This document shows, one piece after another, positions 16,431 through 23,834 of a stretch of DNA of 50,083 nt (positions are counted from its first letter, which is position 1; each line of letters opens with the position of its first letter). A program made the position numbers and the translations under genes. Location: positions 1-50,083 of the forward strand of contig CAZYXP010000001.1 in the NCBI GenBank assembly GCA_964651325.1, read 5' to 3'. Below the pieces are notes generated by a model. That model worked only from the letters and a program-made list of their open reading frames with translations. It was not told the origin of the DNA and ran no database searches. This DNA comes from an uncultured Phycisphaeraceae bacterium. GTDB lineage: Bacteria; Planctomycetota; Phycisphaerae; UBA1845.

Positions 16431-17596
16431 GCGATCGTATCCTTTGCGTTGACGACGATCAGAACATCCTGCAGGCCTACCAGCGCTCGCTGCGCAAACG
16501 ATTTCGGATCGAAACGGCCCTCGGCGGGCGCGAAGCCCTAGCCAAGCTTGATCCGAAGAACCCCTTCGCCGTGATCGTCTCCGACATGCGCATGCCGGAA
16601 ATGGACGGCGTCCAGTTCCTCGCGACCGTATCCCGCAATGCCCCGAGCACCGTGCGAATGATGCTGACGGGCAACGCCGATCAGCAAACGGCCATTGAGG
16701 CGGTCAACGAAGGAAACATCTTCCGGTTTCTGACCAAGCCGTGCAGCCCTGAAGATTTCGCGAAGGCGCTAACCGCGGGCATCGAACAATATCGCCTTGT
16801 TACGGCAGAAAAGGAACTGCTCGGGAAGACCCTGCGCGGCAGCATCAAGGTGCTCAATGACGTACTCGCCCTAAGCAATCCCACCGCCTTCGGACATGCC
16901 TCACGTGTTCGGGAACTGGTCGGCCGGTTATGCAAAGAGTTGAAGGTGGAGCGTACGTGGGAGTACGAGATCGCCGCCATGCTGTCGCAGATCGGCTGTG
17001 TCACGATTCCCCCCGATACCCTGGACAAGGTGTATCACCGCAAGAAGCTAGCGCCGGACGAAGCCGAAATGTTTGCTTCGCATCCTGAGATCGGGCGGGA
17101 ACTCGTTGCCAACATCCCCCGAATGGACGGAGTCGCCAAAATCATCGCCTACCAGCAGAAGGCGTTTGATGGCACCGGGTTCCCCGTGGACGATGTGGTT
17201 GGAACGAACATTCCTCAGGGCGCGCGCATCCTCAAGATCGCGCTGGATTTCGAAGCGGCCAAGTGGGGTGGGCTGGACGATCTCGACGCCGTGGCCGATC
17301 TGAACAGGCGCACCGAGGAGTACGACCCCCAAGTGTTTGCTGCATTCGAACGGGTCGTGGGCATTGGAGGCCAACTCGAGCGGAAGGGAATCACGGTAAG
17401 AGAACTCGCTGTCGGCATGTATCTAGGCGAGCATGTAAGAACGGCCGGTGGGGCGATCGTTGTGGCCAAAGGGCAGGAAGTCACACCGTCCCTGTGCGTC
17501 CGAGTCAAGAATTTCGCGCGGCGGAGCCGCATTCAAGAGCCGATCGCAGTATTCGTCCGTATCGAAAACCCCGTACCCACGTTGACAGGATCTTGA
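16427..17596 (+). CDS. Response regulator: REC plus degenerate (predicted inactive) HD-GYP-like domain
   Basis: ATG 16427 overlaps the upstream stop as ATGA. REC: ILCVDDD...VIVSDMRMPEMDG...FLTKPC. The HD-GYP scaffold is present but ligands are replaced: MLSQIG for LHDIG, AYQQKAFDGTGFP for HHHExxDGxGYP. Confidence 0.8.
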   Translation: MSDRILCVDDDQNILQAYQRSLRKRFRIETALGGREALAKLDPKNPFAVIVSDMRMPEMDGVQFLATVSRNAPSTVRMMLTGNADQQTAIEAVNEGNIFRFLTKPCSPEDFAKALTAGIEQYRLVTAEKELLGKTLRGSIKVLNDVLALSNPTAFGHASRVRELVGRLCKELKVERTWEYEIAAMLSQIGCVTIPPDTLDKVYHRKKLAPDEAEMFASHPEIGRELVANIPRMDGVAKIIAYQQKAFDGTGFPVDDVVGTNIPQGARILKIALDFEAAKWGGLDDLDAVADLNRRTEEYDPQVFAAFERVVGIGGQLERKGITVRELAVGMYLGEHVRTAGGAIVVAKGQEVTPSLCVRVKNFARRSRIQEPIAVFVRIENPVPTLTGS

Positions 17597-17614
17597 CCCC
17601 ATTGGAGAAAAACC

Positions 17615-18241
17615 ATGAGCCACACCGTACTACTAGTCGATGATGAACCCAATGTCCTCAATGCCCTAACGCGCGTCTTGCGCAAGGAATCTTATAGGAT
17701 CCTCACCGCCGACTCAGCCGAGCAGGCGGCAGGGCTACTTCACGACAGCGACGTCGATCTGATCGTGTCCGACGAGGAAATGCCCGGCATGTCCGGGACG
17801 GAGTTTCTCGGACGTGTCGCGGAACAGTATCCCGAGACGGTGCGCATCGTGCTGACCGGGCACCCGACGTTGCCGGCTGCGTTGCGCGCCATCAACGAGG
17901 GCAAGGTGTATCAATTCCTTACGAAGCCATGCAACGAAATCGATCTGGCCATCACGATCCGACGCGCCTTGCAACAGAAAGACTTGCTGGCCAAGAGCCG
18001 GGACTTGCTTGAGGTTACCAAGCGCCAGTCTGTGCTCATTGACGAGGCGAGAATGGTCCGGCGATTGCGCGGCGCTACGCACAAGGATCGATCCCAAGCC
18101 TTTGCCAAGGGGAACCAGCCCGCCGATCCTCGGGAGTTGCTGGAGGAAATGGACGAGGCCGTACGCACTGGCAAGGCGTTGCTCCAGAACGTAGGAGGCG
18201 AATCCAACGCGCCGACGCCCCAACTCCAAGACCAACCATAG
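17615..18241 (+). CDS. Response regulator, REC domain with a ~85-aa C-terminal extension and no recognisable output domain
   Basis: GGAGA 7 nt upstream of the ATG. VLLVDDEPNVL...LIVSDEEMPGMSG...FLTKPC; paralogous to the two preceding REC domains. Confidence 0.85.
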   Translation: MSHTVLLVDDEPNVLNALTRVLRKESYRILTADSAEQAAGLLHDSDVDLIVSDEEMPGMSGTEFLGRVAEQYPETVRIVLTGHPTLPAALRAINEGKVYQFLTKPCNEIDLAITIRRALQQKDLLAKSRDLLEVTKRQSVLIDEARMVRRLRGATHKDRSQAFAKGNQPADPRELLEEMDEAVRTGKALLQNVGGESNAPTPQLQDQP

Positions 18242-18356
18242 GTCGCTCAACCCGCGTGCGGGATGTACGTCTGGGGGCTGTGGAGTGGCATGGCCGCGTG
18301 GCGCCGGGGGGGCTGTGGGTGGCTGCGAAGGACGTCACGCTTGGTCGTTATCGGCC

Positions 18357-18902
18357 CTAGTTGATGGTGGCGCCGCCCTTAATGGCCTTGACGTTGCCGA
18401 GTCCAATGTCCACTACAACCGCGGTGGTTACGTTCATCCCAAAGTAGCCGTGAGACAGCACGGCCACCCATCCTGAAGCGCCCGCGGCCGGATCGGCGTC
18501 GGAAGGCGAGGCCTTCACATGGACCGTATCAAGATCGTTTACCGGATTGACAGGGAAGGGCGGTCGAAGGTAGGGGCCGTAGATGTAGGGGTAGCCATAC
18601 GTCGCGCTGGGATCGCCTTCGGCGTTGCTGTACATCATCAGTTGATTGACAAAGGCGGAATTGTCCGGAGTCGATGTGCCCGCAGCATAGCCGGGGTAGG
18701 CGCCGTGCTCGGCGTAGTAAGCGTCAATGGCTTTGCGCACGTTGGTCAGGGACGCCGCTAGGGCATGGCGCGAGGAATCCTGAGCGACATTGGAAAACCG
18801 AGGAGCGGCGATGGCCGCCAACACACCGATAATCGCAACGACCAAGACGAGCTCGACCAGCGAAAATGCGTTCGAGCGGGGCTGGCGATGGCATCGAGTC
18901 AT
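18357..18902 (-). CDS. Prepilin-type N-terminal cleavage/methylation protein, GspG/pseudopilin-like (copy 2)
   Basis: Internal ATG 18902 gives MTRCHRQPRSNA/FSLVELVLVVAIIGVLAAIAAPRF with Glu at +5. IYGPYLRPPFP is reminiscent of GspG. The upstream 62 codons of the listed ORF are rejected. Confidence 0.8.
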   Translation of the reverse strand: MTRCHRQPRSNAFSLVELVLVVAIIGVLAAIAAPRFSNVAQDSSRHALAASLTNVRKAIDAYYAEHGAYPGYAAGTSTPDNSAFVNQLMMYSNAEGDPSATYGYPYIYGPYLRPPFPVNPVNDLDTVHVKASPSDADPAAGASGWVAVLSHGYFGMNVTTAVVVDIGLGNVKAIKGGATIN

Positions 18903-19094
18903 CTTGTGGTCTTTCGCCGCAAGCTTGGTGGTCCAACGCAAGGGTCGCGTGCTCCCATGGATCACGCGATGGGCTCCTGTGGATATGTCTCGCGCAAGAA
19001 AGAAACCGCGAGACCACATCAAGCGATCGCGCGGCCTCAGATGTACACTACGTTTGTTGCGAGCAGCGCGGTGGCTGATCGTGTTCAAGTTGGC

Positions 19095-19595
19095 CTAGTA
19101 CCCGTTGTACAGCAAGCCGGCTTCGTCCTTTTCGAGCGCGCCACAGTTTGCGATGATTTCGCCCGTGTCTTTGCTGTAAACCCAGCCCTCGGTGCCCGTG
19201 CCACCCACCGGTGTACCTACGACGAGCTTGAGGTTGGCGTCCCCCTTGTTGGCACAGACCGGCAGCGCCGGTATGCCGCCGCGCAGGTAGGGGCCGTAAA
19301 TGTGAACGCCGGCCGTGGTGCCGACGGTGCCCCCGACATCTGTTTTCTTGATCAACTTGTCGATCACATCTGCCTGCAACGCCCCTGTCGGGAACACCCC
19401 CGCGTGTTCGGCCGAGTACATGTCGATGGCATTGCGCATGCCTGCGAGGCTGCCGCGAAGTGATGCGTCTCCGGCACCCTTGGCGCCGCGGCTGATACGC
19501 GGTACGGCAATCGCGGCAATCACGCCGATAATCACGACGACGATCACCAACTCCACAAGACTGAAGGCGTGTTTTCTATTCATCACGTTCGACAT
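19095..19595 (-). CDS. Prepilin-type N-terminal cleavage/methylation protein, GspG/pseudopilin-like (copy 1)
   Basis: ATG 19595 (AAGGA upstream; 19583 is an alternative) gives MSNVMNRKHA/FSLVELVIVVVIIGVIAAIAVPRI. Contains IYGPYLRGGIP. Confidence 0.8.
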   Translation of the reverse strand: MSNVMNRKHAFSLVELVIVVVIIGVIAAIAVPRISRGAKGAGDASLRGSLAGMRNAIDMYSAEHAGVFPTGALQADVIDKLIKKTDVGGTVGTTAGVHIYGPYLRGGIPALPVCANKGDANLKLVVGTPVGGTGTEGWVYSKDTGEIIANCGALEKDEAGLLYNGY

Positions 19596-19698
19596 TACCG
19601 TTGTCCTTTGCTCTTGGTTCGGGGTCAAGCCGCGGGCGATCGACGCCCATTGGTCGCGCATCTTCCACTACTGGTATCGTCTTCGAGCTGCCTTTGCT

Positions 19699-20262
19699 TT
19701 AGTTCTTCGACCCGCTTGCGTTGTAGGAAAAATGCAAGGTCGCCTTACCATCGAAACACTCAAATACGGCGTCTCTGTCCACAATGTCTGTAAGCCGGCA
19801 TCCGCGAAGAGACTCTCCAATACGAATCCACGTTCCGTCAATGATGACAAGTTGGATTTCTTTGTTTGAGATCATGCCCGCCAGACGAAAAAGGGCGGCG
19901 AACGTGGTCCGATCGAGTAAGCCCGTTTTGGAGGATTCCGATAATCGTGACGATGGCACGGCGTTCCCGCCCGAATCAATCCCGTTTGATGCCCGAAAGG
20001 GCGGGGGCACGAACACGTCGGCGCGCAGCGTCGCGGACGCGAATTTCTGGACTTCAAAAGGAAACGGTAGTGCCGGAATGACCGTTTCCGGGCCCTCATT
20101 TCTCACAAGATCTAAGGGCGAGGGTGCGGGCGGAGCGGTCAGAGCGCCTGCAGCTTGCTGGGGACCGCGGGCATCTCCGGAGAGGAAAAGTTGATCAACG
20201 CCAAACGCCAGGACGCAAAGCAGCAGGACGGCGACATAGGTTTTTTTTCTCGAAGTTCCCAT
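19699..20262 (-). CDS. Membrane-anchored PilP/GspC-like protein (tentative)
   Basis: N-terminal anchor KKTYVAVLLLCVLAFGV, a Pro-rich linker, and a C-terminal segment LAGMISNKEIQLVIIDGTWIRIGESLRGCRLTDIVDRDAVFECFDGKATL that resembles the PilP/GspC HR-domain pattern. It sits directly after pilO. Confidence 0.5.
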   Translation of the reverse strand: MGTSRKKTYVAVLLLCVLAFGVDQLFLSGDARGPQQAAGALTAPPAPSPLDLVRNEGPETVIPALPFPFEVQKFASATLRADVFVPPPFRASNGIDSGGNAVPSSRLSESSKTGLLDRTTFAALFRLAGMISNKEIQLVIIDGTWIRIGESLRGCRLTDIVDRDAVFECFDGKATLHFSYNASGSKN

Positions 20263-20267
20263 AGTCG

Positions 20268-20855
20268 TTAGTCTTTTTCCTTATCGACGATGGCGGGGAT
20301 ATGCGAGAAAAGGCTGAACGTGAGCCTTGCAGTGTGCTCTGCGGTTTGCCTCAGATCTGTGCCGGAATCGCTTTGAATACTCAGGTAGCTGATGTCTGCC
20401 CAATAAGGCGCCTGTTCGACGGCATACAGGAACGCGATCAGATTGGTCGCCCGCCCGCTGACACCGTAGGCACAGCGCTGCTCCAACAAACCCGGATACG
20501 AAACCGGGGAGAGCGGGTGCTGTTCCACGACTCGGATTTGGTTTTCGGACGCTAGGGTAGCAATCGCTTGCAGATACACTTCGACGGGTGTGGATTGGGG
20601 CAGCCCGGTGCGATCCAGGACTTCTTGAGTCGCCGCCATCTCAGTTCGCTGTCGCTGACATGCCGAGGTCAGCCGATGCACGTCTTGTGCGGACTGGTTG
20701 CTTTGCGCCTGAAGACCAGGAATCGTCTGGGAGGATCGTTGGGCCTGAGCCGTCGCCAGCGAGTAGACGGCAAACGAACACAATGAGACGACGGCGACGC
20801 CGACGAGATCAATGAGTAGTACACCTCTGCCAAATTGACCAGCACGCGTATGCAC
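20268..20855 (-). CDS. pilO: PilO-like pilus/secretion assembly protein
   Basis: GTG 20855 lies 3 nt after the pilN stop (AGGTGG upstream). It has a single N-terminal TM (VLLIDLVGVAVVSLCSFAVYSL), then a coiled-coil-like segment and an alpha/beta domain. Size and position match PilO. Confidence 0.6.
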   Translation of the reverse strand: MHTRAGQFGRGVLLIDLVGVAVVSLCSFAVYSLATAQAQRSSQTIPGLQAQSNQSAQDVHRLTSACQRQRTEMAATQEVLDRTGLPQSTPVEVYLQAIATLASENQIRVVEQHPLSPVSYPGLLEQRCAYGVSGRATNLIAFLYAVEQAPYWADISYLSIQSDSGTDLRQTAEHTARLTFSLFSHIPAIVDKEKD

Positions 20856-20858
20856 CGA

Positions 20859-21473
20859 TTACCACCTGCAGATAAGTTCAAAATGAAAGTATGAGCCATC
20901 CAAGACGGGCTCACGCCGCGATTCAACCAGCTTCACGTTCCGAAAAATCTGTTCCGCCTTCAGTGCCGCAACGTACGACGCAGGGTCGCCGGCGTTGGGC
21001 GCATACCCTTGGATGTTTAGGGCCGTTGGGGCATCGATCACAATTTCTTCGCTCTGATCAGCTTCTGCCAAAGCGATCGGCGCACTTCGGCGAACAGCGC
21101 CTCTGGGAGCATCCGGATCCGTGGCCACCTTGGTGAGCCACGATCCACGGGGCAGGTGAGACGCGATCAAGGCAACCATCCCCGACCAGGCACGCTTATC
21201 ATGCAACGCCACCGCTTGATCGGCTTGGGCACGCAGCAGCTTGGATGCCGTGGTGAGCTCGCGAAGTTCACTCCGGGCCTGCGAGAACGCGTCTTGAAGC
21301 TGAGCCTGCTTGGATTCCAGCTCGTCAGCGTGGACGCGGCTGACCCAGTCTGTGCCTGCCGCCAGCGCAAGCGCGGTGGCCGCTGCTGTCGCGGCCATCA
21401 TCCAGCGCGACAGGTGTTGCCGCCGAATCCGATCGATTCGGGCCTTTTCAGGCATAAGGTTCACGCGGATCAT
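20859..21473 (-). CDS. pilN: PilN-like assembly protein
   Basis: Starts MIRVNLMPEK, the PilN-type (I/V)NL(L/M)P motif, then a TM segment WMMAATAAATALALAAG. The ATG directly abuts the pilM stop (TAAATG). Confidence 0.75.
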   Translation of the reverse strand: MIRVNLMPEKARIDRIRRQHLSRWMMAATAAATALALAAGTDWVSRVHADELESKQAQLQDAFSQARSELRELTTASKLLRAQADQAVALHDKRAWSGMVALIASHLPRGSWLTKVATDPDAPRGAVRRSAPIALAEADQSEEIVIDAPTALNIQGYAPNAGDPASYVAALKAEQIFRNVKLVESRREPVLDGSYFHFELICRW

Positions 21474-22598
21474 TTATTCCTCCATCGCCAAGCCAATGGC
21501 TAGGGCGTAGACGCCAAGCGGGTTGGCCGCACCCCGCGGAACGGCGAGCCGGCAATCGGGGCGGTCCAGATACGCCGAGGCCGGGCGAACCGGGATACCC
21601 AGTTCGCTCGAGAGAAATTCCGGCAGGTTACCCAACGCCGCGCCGCCGCCGACCACCATCAGGTCGGCTGGCTTGCGTCCGGCGTAACAGCTCAGCGCGT
21701 ATTCGTAGGATCGTTTGATCTCCGCGGTTATGGGGATGAGTTCGCTTCGAAGAACGCCAAAAAGCATGGCGCCTATGCCATCGCGTTCGCCCGCCGGCCG
21801 CGCGCCGTCCGAGTGGTCGCGGGGCGGAAGAATGCCGTGGCTGCACTTATGCACCTCGGCCGCCTTGGTGCTGATGCCCAGGTTCTCCGCGATCTGTTGC
21901 GTCCAACGCTGCCCTCCTCCGCCGGCAGATCGCACGAGAATGGGGACCGATCCAAGGCAAAGTATCAATCTCGTCTGACGATGACCCACGTCGAGGATTC
22001 CCCAGATGGTGTCGTCATCAAAGCCGCGCAGCAGGTTGCCCAAGCGGCATAGGGCCGTAGCCGAGGTATCCACGGTAACGCAATCGACGCGGGCCGCTCG
22101 GCAAGCCTGCAAGAGGTCTTCGATCAGCTTGCTTCGTGTGGTACATCCGACCAGGTTCGGCGCGGACATCGTAGTCGGCGGAAGCCGCCAATGCGTCGCT
22201 TCATTAAACTGATCGGCGTGCGGAATCAAGCGTTGCATCTCTCCGCTCACAATGGCGGAAATAGGCTCCACCGATTGGTTCAGCAGTTTATCGGGCAGTT
22301 CGAGTGCGTGGAATTCCACGTCCGGGGGGCTTATGACCACGGACACCTTCTTGCCTTGAAACTCGGCGCGCGCTACGCATCCTTCGATCCTACGCCCCCA
22401 CACTTGAGCGATGCCGTGGTCCGTTGTTTCCGCGGCGTCCGCCGAAGCATGCGACTGAGCGTGATCTTCGATTCGGCTCGAATGGAACACACTCCATCGC
22501 TCGCCTCGGCGTTGAAGTTGCACAGCGCGCACTCCGGTGCGACCCACATCAAGGGCGATGAGGCTGCGTCGGGTTCGCGTCAGTGACGGTATCAGCAT
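21474..22598 (-). CDS. pilM: PilM-like actin-fold assembly ATPase
   Basis: IALDVGRTGVRAVQL, GILDVGHRQTRLILC...RSAGGGGQRWTQQIAENLGISTKAAEVHK and MVVGGGAALGNLPEFLSSELGIPV follow the PilM/FtsA-like pattern. Confidence 0.8.
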   Translation of the reverse strand: MLIPSLTRTRRSLIALDVGRTGVRAVQLQRRGERWSVFHSSRIEDHAQSHASADAAETTDHGIAQVWGRRIEGCVARAEFQGKKVSVVISPPDVEFHALELPDKLLNQSVEPISAIVSGEMQRLIPHADQFNEATHWRLPPTTMSAPNLVGCTTRSKLIEDLLQACRAARVDCVTVDTSATALCRLGNLLRGFDDDTIWGILDVGHRQTRLILCLGSVPILVRSAGGGGQRWTQQIAENLGISTKAAEVHKCSHGILPPRDHSDGARPAGERDGIGAMLFGVLRSELIPITAEIKRSYEYALSCYAGRKPADLMVVGGGAALGNLPEFLSSELGIPVRPASAYLDRPDCRLAVPRGAANPLGVYALAIGLAMEE

Positions 22599-22616
22599 CT
22601 CGTGTTCACCTGTCCG

Positions 22617-23834
22617 CTAGCGCATCGCCGCCGTCATGTCGAACAGCGGAAGAAAAAGCGAAATGGCGACGCCGCCGACGACGAAGCCCATCACGATCAA
22701 AATGGCCGGCTCCAACAAACGCATCGTTGTGTTGATCAGCTCGCTGTTGGTTTCGTCGAGGATGTCGGCGCAGTACGCCAGGGCTGAGCCAAGATTTCCG
22801 CTCTGCTCTCCGGTTCGCACGGCCTGACAGATATAGGGTTGGATCAATCCGGTCGCCTCGAAAGCGGAACTGGGTTCGCCGCCCGACGTGACCGCGTCTT
22901 CCAGCCGGTTAAACAGGTCTTGAAAACGGTTGTTGCTCGTTGCGTTGCGCGTGAGTTCCAGGGTCTCCAGGAAGCTGACTCGTGCGGCTAGCAGCGTGCC
23001 CATCGTCCGAAAGACCTGGCCTTGGATTAGCCGCGATCGAAGCTGGCCAAACACCGGAACAACGAGCTGCATGTTGCTTAGCCACTGGCGACCTCGATCG
23101 TTCAATACGATGGCGGCAACCCCTCCCGCCACCCCCGCGATCCCTCCCAGCAGAAACGGCCAATAACCTCGCAAGAATACGCCCAGATCGAGCAAGAGCC
23201 TCGTCGGCGTCGGCGTTTCCACACCAAGCTGCACAAACATCTGATTGAATCGCGGAAGAACGAAGAAAAGCAGAACCAAGAGAATCGTAGAGGCCATGGT
23301 GATCAGCAGCGCCGGATAGGTCAGGGCGCCGATGATCTTGTTGCGTATGGCGCGACGCTGCTGGACGATGCTCGACAGCCTCTCGAACATTTCCGCAATC
23401 GTGCCGCTGGCCTCGCCCGCCGCGATGATCGCGCAGAACACCGGATCGAACGATCGTGGAAACTGGCGGAGCGCCTCGGTCAGCGGGGTTCCTTCTTCGA
23501 GATCCGTCGTGAGTTTTTCGAGCACGTCCGCATGCTGCGGTTTGGTCATCTGTTTGCGAATCGAAGAAATTGCCGGGACAAGCGTGCTGCCCGAGTTCAT
23601 GAGCATTGCCATTTGGCGCGTAAACAGTGCCAATGTCTTGATAGGCAGCGCGACTTGGTGCAGCGTCTTTGCTTCCGTGACGCGCTTCGTTGATTCTTTC
23701 TTGGTCACTTCGATATCGGTGACAAACAGCCCCCGCCCGCGGAGCACCTCCCTGGCCTCCTGAACGTTGCCGGCTTCTATGGAATCCCGGGTTTTCTGCC
23801 CCGCTTGGTTGACGGCCCTGTAGGTAAGTATCAT
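22617..23834 (-). CDS. pilC: Type II secretion / type IV pilus platform protein (GspF/PilC family)
   Basis: 405 aa with a duplicated T2SS-F architecture and three hydrophobic blocks (ALTYPALLITMASTILLVLLFFVLPRF, ILIVMGFVVGGVAISLFLPLF). Its ATG overlaps the pilB stop as ATGA. Confidence 0.85.
   Translation of the reverse strand: MILTYRAVNQAGQKTRDSIEAGNVQEAREVLRGRGLFVTDIEVTKKESTKRVTEAKTLHQVALPIKTLALFTRQMAMLMNSGSTLVPAISSIRKQMTKPQHADVLEKLTTDLEEGTPLTEALRQFPRSFDPVFCAIIAAGEASGTIAEMFERLSSIVQQRRAIRNKIIGALTYPALLITMASTILLVLLFFVLPRFNQMFVQLGVETPTPTRLLLDLGVFLRGYWPFLLGGIAGVAGGVAAIVLNDRGRQWLSNMQLVVPVFGQLRSRLIQGQVFRTMGTLLAARVSFLETLELTRNATSNNRFQDLFNRLEDAVTSGGEPSSAFEATGLIQPYICQAVRTGEQSGNLGSALAYCADILDETNSELINTTMRLLEPAILIVMGFVVGGVAISLFLPLFDMTAAMR

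Noticed and set aside
18242-18356. Terminator for the convergent response-regulator and pseudopilin operons.
   Set aside because: Only a weak CCCGC-gt-GCGGG hairpin (5-bp stem, 2-nt loop) is present and there is no U-tract. This is not enough to call a feature.
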